NCBI GenBank assembly: GCA_965205425.1
Contig: CBDBGZ010000004.1
Location: 32,001 to 96,000, forward strand
Direction of reading: 5' to 3'
Length of the DNA: 64,000 nucleotides
From: Nitrosopumilus sp.
Lineage (GTDB): Archaea; Thermoproteota; Nitrososphaeria; Nitrososphaerales; Nitrosopumilaceae
Under the pieces are notes generated by a model. The model had not been told where the DNA came from. It searched no databases and was given only the letters and a program-made list of their open reading frames with translations. The translations under genes and the position numbers were made by a program. Below are positions 1-10,440 of this stretch, piece after piece. How positions within the stretch are numbered: the first letter of the stretch is position 1; every line of letters begins with the position of its first letter.

Positions 1-513
1 GCATTCTTTGTAAGGGATACAAAAACAGGAAAAAAGTACTGGTCACCAGTTGCCAAGAGAATATTTCTTCCATATACAGGACGACATGAGAGTCTGGCAG
101 TGTATGGTACAATTACAGAAAATGGTAATCAACTATTCAGAGTTTATGACAAATTCAACGCTGTAACATTTGTAGAGTACCTAAAGGAATTGCATCAGAA
201 ATGTGGCAAGATTGCAATCATTTTAGATAGAGCATCAGTTCACAAATCAAAGAAGGTAAAGGAATACCTTGCAAACAATAGAGATGTCAAACTAATCTGG
301 TTGCCAAAGGGATCACCATACTTGAAGAACATGATAGAGCAGTGCTGGAAGATAAGCAAGTATGCATTGTTGGTTTCAGAGTATTATGCAATGTTTACGA
401 TGATGAATGATGCAGTGTCAAAATATTTCAGAGTGACAAAATTCAAGCTTGATGTTGCAAATTATATCTTTAGAAATCCTGCAAAGATGTTTGCGAACTT
501 TTGATCGTCGCTA
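1..513 (+). mobile_element. IS630-family element type A, 3' part (transposase CDS <1..504, runs off window)
   Basis: Near-identical to the full copy at 36772..37857; DDE_3-type motifs ILDRASVH and LPKGSPYL; right end ...GATCGTCGCTA followed by TA. Confidence 0.92.
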
Positions 514-595
514 TATGTGAGTTCGTCATGAAAATTTTCCCTTCGGTCTATTTTTTTGAGCAAATTCGATCCTGTATTTTTTAATATGTACAGAT

Positions 596-895
596 CTAAC
601 GATGAATCTCATAATATTCTACTGGATGAGTAAATTGCCTATTGTGATCTACTTCTCTCCAAAACTTCTCTTCATTAATATCCCGTCCCTCGTCAACCCA
701 AACATTTAGAATTTTTTGCATAAACATTTGCGTACTATGATCAATTTGGGGTCTACTGCCTGTTTCCTTTTCTATCTTATCTCGCTCGTCTTTGAATTTT
801 TTTAATAATTCTTTGAGTTGTTTGCCATTCATTTGGGCTGCTTTTTCTCTTTTAGCAGACTGGATATCTTTTCTAAAATTTGACAAAAAACCCAT
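596..895 (-). CDS. hypothetical protein (99 aa)
   Basis: Clean ATG ORF with natural charged composition; no recognisable motif. Confidence 0.75.
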   Translation of the reverse strand: MGFLSNFRKDIQSAKREKAAQMNGKQLKELLKKFKDERDKIEKETGSRPQIDHSTQMFMQKILNVWVDEGRDINEEKFWREVDHNRQFTHPVEYYEIHR

Positions 896-1049
896 GAATC
901 CATAATCCGATTCTATGATTAAAGCGTTACAAATACAATGATGAATGCAACTGTAACTATGACAATTGATATTTTCATAAACGCGGACATGATTTTAGTA
1001 ATTTCATCAAGATTATATTCGTTTTAAAACTATAATTTTGGCAGGTTAC

Positions 1050-2460
1050 GTAACTGTCTAGAGTTTTGAAGTAAAATCTCCAAGATATTCTAAAGAATAA
1101 TCATGAAAGTTTAATCCTCGTAATCTGCATGTCTCCTTTATACTCATCAGTATCTTATGAGAATCGGCACCATGAATGGTTCTATGACCGTTTGTAATTT
1201 TACGAATTATCACATTTGGTCTGATTGCCCTCTCTGCTGTGTTATTGTGTGAATCAGTTCCAGTAATTAGGAATGTAAAAAGCATTTTTCTCTCACGTTT
1301 CAATCTTTTTACAAACCTGATACAGTTTTTCTCTGTGTATTTTTTTGATATGATGTGATTAATTCTCCTTTCAAGATTCTTTTTTGCATGGATTCTTTCT
1401 GATTCTGATTTTATTTTTGCCACACCATGAGAGTCATAAATTATTTTCTTGAGATTCTTGGCAAATGGTGCAAATTCTGGTCCGGGATTCTTGTGATTAA
1501 TGGTATCATTAACCTCTCTGAGATAATGGATGTGACATTTCTGGTGAGTTGTTCCAACATGGTTCCATGCAGGGTACGAATCACTTGTAATGTTGCCATT
1601 ATACTCCTTGAGAATTCTCTTGGGAACATCCATTGAACGTGATTTGTCAATCTCGTAAATTACAGTCCATTTACTCACAAATGCCCACAACCAGTGGTTC
1701 TGGCCATCTATCCTCCAACTTGTCTCATCACCATGTATGTTTAGATCTTCTTTTAACTCTACAATCATTGTATCATATCTGCTCCCAAATGCTTTTGATA
1801 CTATTGATACTGCATGATTAATTGCAGATTCTGTAATGTGCAGTGAGAAGAGCATCTGCAAAAGATGAGATATTTTACCATACGATAATCCGATAGTTTT
1901 TAGTGATGTGATTAGCACCATGAGCCTAATTCCAAACCTTTCATTTGACAGTACAGTGTGAATGTTACCCGAGATTTGTTTTTTGCAGTTTGTGCAGTAT
2001 CGTCTAACTATCGTATATTTTGTCACAACTGCTTTTGCAGGAATGATGTCTTCTACTATTCTGGTGTATGAATCAGTTGGTTCTGAGAGTGATTTGCCAC
2101 ATGTGTTGCACTCTTTTTGGTCAACTGTAATGGCATCATCAATGTGTGCCCGTCTGCTTCTGCTTTTTCTAGGATGTCTTGATGTTTTCTTCTTTTTTGC
2201 AGTTTCAGTCTGGTTTGGTTTTGCTTTGATATTTCTTGCAACAAGTGTAGACACTGTTTGTTTTAGTTCTGCAATTTCTCTGTGTAGTGATTCAATATCT
2301 TTGCGTAACTGACGGTTTTCTTGCTCCAACGAGTGACATCTGTTACGATAATATTCCAGCTCATCATATACTGACAATTGTATATTGTAATTTGTCACTG
2401 ATCAGAAAAGATATAGATAAAAAATATTAAAGAAAGTACTTCAAAACTCTAGACAGTTAC
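1050..2460 (-). mobile_element. IS66-family element type 1, complete
   Basis: Perfect 24-bp terminal inverted repeats GTAACTGTCTAGAGTTTTGAAGTA (1050-1073, 2437-2460); 8-bp target duplication CAGGTTAC (1042-1049, 2461-2468). Confidence 0.95.
1058..2398 (-). CDS. IS66-family transposase (TnpC-like, 446 aa)
   Basis: N-terminal coiled coil, CxxC...CxxC zinc finger, HGDET, HQKCHIHYLR, NNTAERAIR motifs. Confidence 0.93.
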   Translation of the reverse strand: MTNYNIQLSVYDELEYYRNRCHSLEQENRQLRKDIESLHREIAELKQTVSTLVARNIKAKPNQTETAKKKKTSRHPRKSRSRRAHIDDAITVDQKECNTCGKSLSEPTDSYTRIVEDIIPAKAVVTKYTIVRRYCTNCKKQISGNIHTVLSNERFGIRLMVLITSLKTIGLSYGKISHLLQMLFSLHITESAINHAVSIVSKAFGSRYDTMIVELKEDLNIHGDETSWRIDGQNHWLWAFVSKWTVIYEIDKSRSMDVPKRILKEYNGNITSDSYPAWNHVGTTHQKCHIHYLREVNDTINHKNPGPEFAPFAKNLKKIIYDSHGVAKIKSESERIHAKKNLERRINHIISKKYTEKNCIRFVKRLKRERKMLFTFLITGTDSHNNTAERAIRPNVIIRKITNGHRTIHGADSHKILMSIKETCRLRGLNFHDYSLEYLGDFTSKL

Positions 2461-2574
2461 CAGGTTACCTGTTTTATCCAAATTTGATTTACAAACTTTG
2501 CAATACAGTCTAATCTCTTTTGATGGAAATTCTGTTCCGCAATTCTTACATGTATAAAATTTCTCTTCATCCAT
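2449..2574 (-). CDS. small zinc-ribbon protein (41 aa), last 3 codons supplied by the IS66 end
   Basis: Manual translation MDEEKFYTCKNCGTEFPSKEIRLYCKVCKSNLDKTGNLVTV*; two CxxC pairs; pre-insertion end would be GNLPKL*. Confidence 0.65.
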   Translation of the reverse strand: MDEEKFYTCKNCGTEFPSKEIRLYCKVCKSNLDKTGNLVTV

Positions 2575-2641
2575 AATTTCTTAATACAAATAATGAACTT
2601 AAGCTTATTGGAATAAGTTAGAAATTCAAAAATCTCTGTGA

Positions 2642-2953
2642 CTACCTTGCAGGTCTTTTGTATCCTTGTTCAATTTTACTATTTGATGCAGAAGATTTTT
2701 CAAATTTTCTGTTTAATGATTTGTTTTTATTTTTTTCACTATCTGTGTCTTCTTCAATTTTAAAGATTTTTTCTACTTTTTCTTCTGTTTTTTTATTTTT
2801 CTTATTGGGAATTATGTTTATAGCTGAAATTTTCTTTTTTGTTTTCTTTTTAGGCTTATCTTGATCAATAGGATCTTTTTGTGTCCATTTAATATTTTTA
2901 ACATCGGATGAGGATGATTGTTCTTTGTTGTAATCCCCTAGTGATTTTACCAT
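2642..2953 (-). CDS. lysine-rich hypothetical protein
   Basis: 103-aa ATG ORF of low complexity. Confidence 0.6.
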   Translation of the reverse strand: MVKSLGDYNKEQSSSSDVKNIKWTQKDPIDQDKPKKKTKKKISAINIIPNKKNKKTEEKVEKIFKIEEDTDSEKNKNKSLNRKFEKSSASNSKIEQGYKRPAR

Positions 2954-3002
2954 TACTAATTACTCTAAATAATCAACATAATAGTATTGATGTATTTCTA
3001 AA

Positions 3003-3191
3003 CTATTTTCTATTTTTATTCACTTGATCTTTTATTGACTGTATGCAGTCATGACAAATAATTGATTTATCTGTCATTTGTCGAATTTGTTCATGATTTT
3101 GAAATTCTGAATCATATGTTGCTGCAATCACTATTTTGTTATTCCATACTTCGAAATCTTCCTTCTTTTTTGAACATACTAAACAATTCAT
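3003..3191 (-). CDS. small CxxC...CxxC protein
   Basis: CLVC and CHDC pairs in a 62-aa ORF. Confidence 0.7.
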   Translation of the reverse strand: MNCLVCSKKKEDFEVWNNKIVIAATYDSEFQNHEQIRQMTDKSIICHDCIQSIKDQVNKNRK

Positions 3192-3272
3192 GATTTTTCT
3201 AAATTTTATATCAACTTAAGCATGTTTATGGTTCAAACTAATCTAAATAAATGGGTCAAACAGATGTATTTC

Positions 3273-4325
3273 ATGAAGAAAATCTTTGTTAATGGATATG
3301 GTTCCATTGGCAGTAGAATTGTTTCTTTTTTAAAAGATGATCCAGAAATTGAGGTAATTGGAATTGGTAAATATTCACCTGATAAAAAAGTAGAAGAAGC
3401 AATTTCCAAGGGTCTTGATGTTTATGTTCCTAAATCAAAACTAGATGTTTTTTCTAATTATAAAATTTCAGATTCTATCGAATCTGCATTAGATTCTTGT
3501 GATTTAGTAATTGATGCTGCCCCTGGTGGACACGGATATAAAAATAAAAAAAATCTCTATGAACCAAAGAATATCCCTGCAATTTATCAAGGAGGTGAAT
3601 CTCCAATTGGTCCAGAAGCTGTTTCTGATTTGTTATTTAATTCCAGAGCTAACTATGATCAAGCATTAGGAAAAGACCATGTTATGCAGGGAAGTTGTAA
3701 TGTAACTGGAATGGGCAGAATCTTAGAACCACTACGTGACAAATTTGGTGATCAACTAGTTCGATTTGATGTTACACTAGTAAGACGATGGGCAGACATT
3801 GAACAAACTGAAAAAAAACTTTCAGATACCATAGAGATGACTGAAAAACCACATCATGGAGACGATGTCAAACTATACTTTGGAAAAGATGCCCCCCTAT
3901 ACGTTCGTGCAATTAAAGTCCCTACTAGACAAATGCACTTACACATAATGGATATTCGATTCAAGAATCTTGCTCCAAAACCATCTGAACTTCATGATAT
4001 ATTCAAAAATGAATTTGGTGTAGCAACATTATGGACTGCAAAAGGAACTAAAGATGTAAGGGATTATGCACAAAACATGGGCTTTAATTTTACTGATACT
4101 AATATGATTCACATACATGCTAACATGACTACCTCTATTGGAGATACAGTACAGATGATGTATTCTGATGATCAAACTGGCATTGTAATCCCTGAAAATC
4201 ACATATTGATGCAAGCAATGTTGTTTGAAAAATCCTATCAAGAAGCATTTACACATACTGAATCAATATTTCATATGGCTGAAAAGAAACAAGAATTACA
4301 AGAACACTTTTCTAAAAATAACTAG
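3273..4325 (+). CDS. gap: glyceraldehyde-3-phosphate dehydrogenase, archaeal type II
   Basis: VNGYGSIGSR Rossmann motif, catalytic SCN, VRRWAD, IVIPEN; start set at ATG 3273 (MKKIF) behind an AT-rich TATA-like box. Confidence 0.9.
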   Translation: MKKIFVNGYGSIGSRIVSFLKDDPEIEVIGIGKYSPDKKVEEAISKGLDVYVPKSKLDVFSNYKISDSIESALDSCDLVIDAAPGGHGYKNKKNLYEPKNIPAIYQGGESPIGPEAVSDLLFNSRANYDQALGKDHVMQGSCNVTGMGRILEPLRDKFGDQLVRFDVTLVRRWADIEQTEKKLSDTIEMTEKPHHGDDVKLYFGKDAPLYVRAIKVPTRQMHLHIMDIRFKNLAPKPSELHDIFKNEFGVATLWTAKGTKDVRDYAQNMGFNFTDTNMIHIHANMTTSIGDTVQMMYSDDQTGIVIPENHILMQAMLFEKSYQEAFTHTESIFHMAEKKQELQEHFSKNN

Positions 4326-5575
4326 CTTCTAATTTTTTCAATTCTGATTTTTTTAGGAACATTTTTTGAAACTTTTTCTACAATAATTCGTAGTTCATCA
4401 ACTTCAACTTTGTCTCCTTCTTGTGGAATATCTTGTAATCTTTCATGTAATAGCCCATTAAGTGATGCATAGTCATCCCCTTCTGGAACTTTTGTTTTAA
4501 AAATTTCATTGATTCTATCAATTTCGATGTCTCCATTAGTGATTATGGTGTCTTGATCAATTCTTTCATACCCTGCTTGTCTTGTCAAATCTGTTTCATC
4601 TTCAATCTCTCCAACTATTTCTTCAAGAAGATCCTCCAAAGTCACAAGACCTTCTACTCCACCATGTTCATCAACTACAATTGCCATGTGTGTTTTTCGT
4701 CCTTTCATTTCCTTCAATAATGCACTAACCATTTTTTCTTGTGAGACAAAAACAGGTTTCCTTGCAATTTTTTCAAGACTAGTCATTTTATTATCATTTT
4801 CTAATTCTTTGAGAACATCTCGTACATGAATAAATCCAACAATATCATCACTTGTATTTCCATAAATTGGGATTCTTGAATGTCCACTCTGATTGATTTG
4901 TGGTAATGCTTCAAAAAGCAACATTTTTGAATTTAATGAAAACATCTTTGTTCTTGGAGTCATTACTGAACGAATTACTGTATCGTCAAACTTTAGAGCT
5001 CCATGTACTAATTCCATTTCTTCTTTTTCTAGAGCTTTCTCTTCTAGTCCTTGATCAATCACTCCTTTGATTTCTTCTTCTGTAATTGGAGGTGGTGTAT
5101 GACTACTTCCGGTTAATTTTACCACACCTCTAGTAATAATTTCAAAGAATTTCACTATTGGATAAAATACATAACTAAATGCCAGTAATACTGGGGCGTA
5201 TCTTAATGCAATTTTAGTTGAATTTGCATTACAGTATGTTTTTGGAGTAATTTCACCAAATACTAGAATCAAAAATGTCATGATTCCAACTGCAATTCCT
5301 AATCCATCATCGCCAAATAATCTAATTGCTAAACTTGTTGCAAGTGCAGATGCGCCAACATTTACCAAATTATTTCCAAGATTTACACTTGACATCATCC
5401 AACTTGGATTCATTTTTAATTTGTGAAGTGCTTTAGAACCTTTTTTACCTTCATTAAATAATTGAACTACCTTTGATTTTCTTACTCCTACAAGGGCCAC
5501 TTCTAATCCACTGAAGAATCCTGACAATCCTATCAGTACAGCTAACGCTGAAATCTCAACCCATAAATCTACCAT
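4322..5575 (-). CDS. CNNM/HlyC/CorC-family membrane protein (DUF21, CBS pair, CorC domain)
   Basis: FFSGLEVAL, FGEITPK, VMTPR, VVDEHGGVEGLVTLEDLLEEIVGEIEDE. Confidence 0.92.
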   Translation of the reverse strand: MVDLWVEISALAVLIGLSGFFSGLEVALVGVRKSKVVQLFNEGKKGSKALHKLKMNPSWMMSSVNLGNNLVNVGASALATSLAIRLFGDDGLGIAVGIMTFLILVFGEITPKTYCNANSTKIALRYAPVLLAFSYVFYPIVKFFEIITRGVVKLTGSSHTPPPITEEEIKGVIDQGLEEKALEKEEMELVHGALKFDDTVIRSVMTPRTKMFSLNSKMLLFEALPQINQSGHSRIPIYGNTSDDIVGFIHVRDVLKELENDNKMTSLEKIARKPVFVSQEKMVSALLKEMKGRKTHMAIVVDEHGGVEGLVTLEDLLEEIVGEIEDETDLTRQAGYERIDQDTIITNGDIEIDRINEIFKTKVPEGDDYASLNGLLHERLQDIPQEGDKVEVDELRIIVEKVSKNVPKKIRIEKIRS

Positions 5576-5725
5576 GATATTCTCCTAAAAAATTTCTTAG
5601 AACAATTAGAACAATTATAACAATTACTCATTTAGTTTTTTTGCACCATCTTTTGGTTGTACTTGTTTTGTAAAACTGGAATTTAAGGCTTGAGATGTTA
5701 AAAATAGCATGCGCCTAAAACAAGG

Positions 5726-7063
5726 CTAATTTTTGGGAGGTTTTGCAAACTTGTTTTCAGGATTTCGGTGATAGTCAACTGGTATCATTGCATCCTTTTG
5801 TCTTCCTGTAAGAATACATACTACCACATCATCTTTTTTGATTATTCCTTCACTAACCAATTTTTTAATTCCTACTACTGATGCACCAGATGCCATTTCA
5901 CAATCAAATCCATTAAGACCTACTACGGACATACCATCTAACATTTCAGAATCAGTTACTGTAGTGGCAACTCCGTTTGTAAATTCTAATGCACGTAAAC
6001 CTTTCAAAATATTTGCAGGTCTACCTATTTGAATTGCAGTTGCTTTAGTTTTTGGCCTTAATCCTTTTTCATCTAAATGATCATAATACCTTTGAATAAG
6101 GCCAGTGTTAGGTTTTCCTTTATTCCATCTGAGTTCTTCCTCTTCAAATTTACCATTATACAAATCTGATAAGGTACTGGCACCTTCAGAATTAATTACT
6201 GCGATTCTTGGAATTTTTTTAATCCAACCCCATTCATACAATTCCATCAAAGCTTTACCACAACTTGATGTATTTCCTAAAGCTCCTCCCGGATAAACAA
6301 TCCAATCTGGAACTTCCCAATTTAGATATTCTATGGCTCTAAAAGGAATTGTTTTTTGTCCTTCAATTCTAAATGGGTTAACAGAGTTTACAGTATATCC
6401 ATCATGATTTTGTGCATCATCTAGAGATTGTTTTAATGCATCATCAAAATTCCCGTCAACTTCCACAATCTGTGCTCCAAATTGATATGCTTGACTGAGT
6501 TTTCCAGGAGCTATTTGACCTGCAGGAATATACACATCACAATTCATTCCTTCATTTGCTGCAAACATTCCAGCTGATGCTGATGTATTTCCAGTAGATG
6601 CACAAACAATTTTTTTTGCACCGACCATTTTTGCATGTGTTACAGCAGTTGCCATACCGTTATCTTTGAAAGACCCACTAGGATTGTAGCCTTCAGGTTG
6701 TAACCATAAATTATCACTTGAAATCCCAACAAATTCAGCAGCTTTGGACATTTGGTATGGTTTTGATTGTCTACCTTCTGCCCCATCAAGAGATACAAGA
6801 TATTTTGAACATTCATCTACATCTTCAGTATCTATTTGACAAAAATTTAATAAATCTCTAAATCTCCAAACTCCACTTTCGTTGAAAATACTTCCTTCAG
6901 AATTTCTTCTTTTGTAAAAAACTTCTTTGAGTGATGTTGAAGGTTTATTTTTATATTTTACATCTAACATGTGTCCCTTATCACATTGAACATTGGTATG
7001 TTCAATTGGATATTCTAATCCACATTGAGGATCAATACACTTGAGATAGGCATCGCCTTGCAT
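5726..7063 (-). CDS. thrC: threonine synthase
   Basis: NPSGSFKDNG PLP-lysine motif, CASTGNTSAS, NSVNPFRIEGQKT. Confidence 0.92.
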   Translation of the reverse strand: MQGDAYLKCIDPQCGLEYPIEHTNVQCDKGHMLDVKYKNKPSTSLKEVFYKRRNSEGSIFNESGVWRFRDLLNFCQIDTEDVDECSKYLVSLDGAEGRQSKPYQMSKAAEFVGISSDNLWLQPEGYNPSGSFKDNGMATAVTHAKMVGAKKIVCASTGNTSASAGMFAANEGMNCDVYIPAGQIAPGKLSQAYQFGAQIVEVDGNFDDALKQSLDDAQNHDGYTVNSVNPFRIEGQKTIPFRAIEYLNWEVPDWIVYPGGALGNTSSCGKALMELYEWGWIKKIPRIAVINSEGASTLSDLYNGKFEEEELRWNKGKPNTGLIQRYYDHLDEKGLRPKTKATAIQIGRPANILKGLRALEFTNGVATTVTDSEMLDGMSVVGLNGFDCEMASGASVVGIKKLVSEGIIKKDDVVVCILTGRQKDAMIPVDYHRNPENKFAKPPKN

Positions 7064-7168
7064 CGTAATTACAAATAATTGCTGATAATTTAAAGGAAAT
7101 CCTGTAAAAATTGTTTGAGTTAAGCTATTTTTGCTAAACTTTAGATTAGATGTATCTTAATTGTATTT

Positions 7169-7543
7169 ATGGTATCATATAATGATCATCTAAAGAGAAT
7201 TTTATCTCAAATTCTTGATTCATACAATCACCTCAAAGAGATGCAAGTTAAACCGGGAGATCTTGAAAAAATTAAGAAAGAAATGTTGAAAATCAATGGA
7301 TTCATCAAGGTGTCTACAAACAACATAGATGAATATACCATTAGTGTTTCTGATTTTAAAAAATTAAAATCTAAATTCAATCATTATTTGAAAAACTACT
7401 TTTTTGAAAAAGAGATAGATACTATGGCTCCATTGTACTCAGATGATCTAGACCGAGTGAAAAATATGAGATTTAAGATAATCGAAGCATTAGAAGATAG
7501 AAAAATGATTAACAGTGTAGAGGATTTAATAGATAAACTATGA
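7169..7543 (+). CDS. hypothetical protein
   Basis: 124-aa ATG ORF, helical. Confidence 0.75.
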   Translation: MVSYNDHLKRILSQILDSYNHLKEMQVKPGDLEKIKKEMLKINGFIKVSTNNIDEYTISVSDFKKLKSKFNHYLKNYFFEKEIDTMAPLYSDDLDRVKNMRFKIIEALEDRKMINSVEDLIDKL

Positions 7544-7641
7544 CTGAAGTAAAAAAATGCATACTATGTGGTTGTCGTGATCATAAAATTTTAGGATGTA
7601 ATAGGCATATGTCTAAAAAATGTAGTTGTTATAACAAGTAA
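7540..7641 (+). CDS. Cys-rich micro-protein (33 aa)
   Basis: MTEVKKCILCGCRDHKILGCNRHMSKKCSCYNK*; ATGA overlap with the upstream stop. Confidence 0.5.
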   Translation: MTEVKKCILCGCRDHKILGCNRHMSKKCSCYNK

Positions 7642-7658
7642 AATAAATTTTAAAATAA

Positions 7659-7775
7659 TTATTTTCTTTTTGGCCCAGATCTTTCATGGAAGTTTAGACA
7701 ACACTTGCATTCTTTTTGCAAACATTCGGATTCACTATGATGACCACAAATACCACATTCACAGCTATTTGACAT
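7659..7775 (-). CDS. Cys/His-rich metallothionein-like micro-protein (38 aa)
   Basis: MSNSCECGICGHHSESECLQKECKCCLNFHERSGPKRK*; 7 Cys, 3 His. Confidence 0.55.
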   Translation of the reverse strand: MSNSCECGICGHHSESECLQKECKCCLNFHERSGPKRK

Positions 7776-7846
7776 GATATTGAATATTCGATTTAAGCAT
7801 ATAATTTATCCACCAATTTTTTATGAGTTGAGGGTCAAAAATGAGA

Positions 7847-8158
7847 TTATTTTTTAGATTTTGACTTTTTTGCAGGTTTTCCTTCTAATTCTTTTTTGAT
7901 TTCTTCTGCTTTGTTATCTACAGCTTTGATGATTTCTTGAATAATTCCATCCAAGTCACTATCTTCTGCATCAGGTTCCACAGTGCTGGCTATTTCATTG
8001 ATTGTAGATGATATTTCTGTACTGACATCTTCAAAACTTTCAGGATCTTCATATGCTGCATTGTAAAGTTCTTTTAGAGAATTGACATGACCAATTACTT
8101 GTTCCGTAATCACTATTTTGTAATCTGTTCCATTTACATCAAATTCCTTTGAACTCAT
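7847..8158 (-). CDS. acidic hypothetical protein
   Basis: 103-aa ATG ORF. Confidence 0.75.
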   Translation of the reverse strand: MSSKEFDVNGTDYKIVITEQVIGHVNSLKELYNAAYEDPESFEDVSTEISSTINEIASTVEPDAEDSDLDGIIQEIIKAVDNKAEEIKKELEGKPAKKSKSKK

Positions 8159-8229
8159 AATGCTTTTTCAATTTCTTTTGTTTATAATGCTTTCATGTAA
8201 AAATTAATTATGTTACATGTAATTTATGA

Positions 8230-8688
8230 TCAAAATACTATGTAATCTAATGCAGAAGCATCACTGATCAATCTAGTGTGCTTTGAACCTACAACATATC
8301 CATTTTTGATATCTTCTGCTGGAATCCATCTGTTTGTAGAAGAATAATGTCTTTTTTCAGCTAATTCTCTTTCTATAGCTTCAATGTCAAATTCAGCTTC
8401 TTCTACCTGCTGAGTTGTAAGATGTTTGATGGTAACCATAATTTTTGTTACTTTAACTCGATCACCAAATTTCCATTTTAAAACTGGATTTTCATCTGAA
8501 ACTTCCAATACCTTGATTTTCATCTGTTTTTTCCCAAATGCATCATGACTGATCAAAACCCGTTCATCAGTAAATTCTTCAAAACTAATTCTTGAATTAA
8601 CTTCTGCATCTGAAACAGTTTCTAGCAATGATTCTGTACTTTTGTCGATTGCTTCAGTATTATCTTTAGACATACTATTACTTGACAT
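8230..8688 (-). CDS. hypothetical protein
   Basis: 152-aa ATG ORF. Confidence 0.75.
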   Translation of the reverse strand: MSSNSMSKDNTEAIDKSTESLLETVSDAEVNSRISFEEFTDERVLISHDAFGKKQMKIKVLEVSDENPVLKWKFGDRVKVTKIMVTIKHLTTQQVEEAEFDIEAIERELAEKRHYSSTNRWIPAEDIKNGYVVGSKHTRLISDASALDYIVF

Positions 8689-8818
8689 CTTATCCTTAAA
8701 AACGATTTGAAGAGTTAGATGGATTAGGCACTAGCTCTTTGTTTTGTTTTAAATGGCATTTTTACGCCAATGATTTAAGAATTGTTTTTAAAAATTTAGT
8801 TGATTTCGTGCCTAGATT

Positions 8819-9093
8819 TTATCGTTTTTTTAGATATTTTGACAGAATTTCATCAGCCATTTCATCTACATCTATCTCTTTTTTACCAGCTAAACTGCGC
8901 AATTTCCTTGTATTTCCTTTATTCAACTGTATTGTAACTTTTTGTTGTAATAATCCTGCTCTGGCTCTTTTTAGTAGTTTAAGATGTGATGACTTTGGAG
9001 AACGTGTTAAACATTTGAGATATTCTTTTCTTAATTTTTGATCCAGTGGAATAATTTTCTCTGCAATGGATACAGCCTTTGGTACATTTGATA
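8819..9093 (-). pseudogene. 3' fragment of the ParB-like gene, cut by an IS630A end
   Basis: SNVPKAVSIAEKIIPLDQKLRKEYLK...YLKKR matches the C-terminus of 16942..17751; IS630A right end begins at 9094. Confidence 0.88.
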
Positions 9094-9293
9094 TAGCGAC
9101 GATCAAAAGTTCGCAAACATCTTTGCAGGATTTCTAAAGATATAATTTGCAACATCAAGCTTGAATTTTGTCACTCTGAAATATTTTGACACGTGTGTGT
9201 TTAGGTTGTGCCTAGATATATCGAATAGTTTAGATCAGGGAAGAATTTTGCAACAATAATGGGCGATTTTCATGATTGCAAACAATGCGATAA
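9094..9293. mobile_element. stacked IS remnants: IS630A right end (9094-9192) plus IS66 type 2 left end (9193-9293)
   Basis: Direct sequence match to 37759-37857 and to the left end of the 14820-16159 element, including the start MGDFHDCKQCD. Confidence 0.88.
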
Positions 9294-9299
9294 CTATAT

Positions 9300-10440
9300 G
9301 AGACTTGGGCATAATTATTTACAAAAATAACTCTCAGTCATTTCCTAACAGCAAAGCATTCTCTTTACAGTTCTTGGATTTTCTGCTCCAATTATACAGT
9401 TGTAATATACTACAAGTTGATACACCAACACACAAACCAATACAAATGATTTCACGTTGTCAAATCCTTTCACATGTACAGTTCTAATGTTGAACGTATC
9501 TTTGAATATTTCAAATAAAGGTTCAATTGAGACTTTTCTTTGTGAGTACAACTCTTGACCTTGTACAGAATTATAAAAATCTGCAAGTTTGATTCGCTCT
9601 GGCGGTGTTGATGGATATATTTTGATAGGACAAATCAATCTCAAATGTCTCTCATCACTAAACTGATATAATGATTTATCATCATATGGCACATCACATA
9701 AAATATTTTCAACCAGTCCTGCAAGTGGTTTGACTAACGTTTCATACATTTTACCATCAGAAACATTTGCAGTTGAGACATCAGCAGACAATGGAACTAT
9801 CAGTTTTCCAGTACTGCAACTCATGTGCAGTTTGTATCCAAATATCCAACCCTTTGATTTTGAAAAACCCCATTTTGCATCAGTATCAATTCCTGGGATT
9901 GGTAGACGATTGTTCTTTATGTCTGATTTGTGCCATACTGGACCATCTGCTTTTAGCATTGAACTATCCCCTGATGCTGAAACATTTTCCACCAATTCCT
10001 CTGAGATGAATTTGTTGCCCATGGTACTAATCATGTCACTAATTGGTAGAAATTGAAATCGTCTGTCAATAGTTCTTCTGTCTGGAATTTGAGTTAATTT
10101 GCAAACCTTGAGCAGTTTGTCATTGGAAGGTTTGATTGAAAGGAAATAATGTAATGTATTGTTACTAGGAATTCTCATCCACAACTTTATGATGAACAAT
10201 TGCACCATCTGGATGGTTGGATACACGTATGGTCTACCCGATCTGAATACTTCCTCATACAAAGACAACATTCCCACCAAATGTAACACGCCAATAAGAA
10301 ATGATTCCGATAGAATCTTGCCAGGGATTTTCATTTGTTTTGACATTCCAATGAACGAAACATGATAAGATCCTTAGCTTTTTCTATTTGAATAATTTGA
10401 GAATTGACTCAAAAATTAGAATTAGTTATGCCCATGTCTC
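9300..10440 (-). mobile_element. DDE IS element (IS4/IS5/IS982-like), copy 1
   Basis: 15-bp inverted repeats GAGACTTGGGCATAA / TTATGCCCATGTCTC; paralog at 52371..53513; no target duplication at this copy. Confidence 0.88.
9345..10346 (-). CDS. DDE_Tnp_1-type transposase (333 aa)
   Basis: DSS, DTDAKWG..GWIFGYKLH, LCD..YD, RKVSIEPLF motifs. Confidence 0.88.
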   Translation of the reverse strand: MSKQMKIPGKILSESFLIGVLHLVGMLSLYEEVFRSGRPYVYPTIQMVQLFIIKLWMRIPSNNTLHYFLSIKPSNDKLLKVCKLTQIPDRRTIDRRFQFLPISDMISTMGNKFISEELVENVSASGDSSMLKADGPVWHKSDIKNNRLPIPGIDTDAKWGFSKSKGWIFGYKLHMSCSTGKLIVPLSADVSTANVSDGKMYETLVKPLAGLVENILCDVPYDDKSLYQFSDERHLRLICPIKIYPSTPPERIKLADFYNSVQGQELYSQRKVSIEPLFEIFKDTFNIRTVHVKGFDNVKSFVLVCVLVYQLVVYYNCIIGAENPRTVKRMLCC

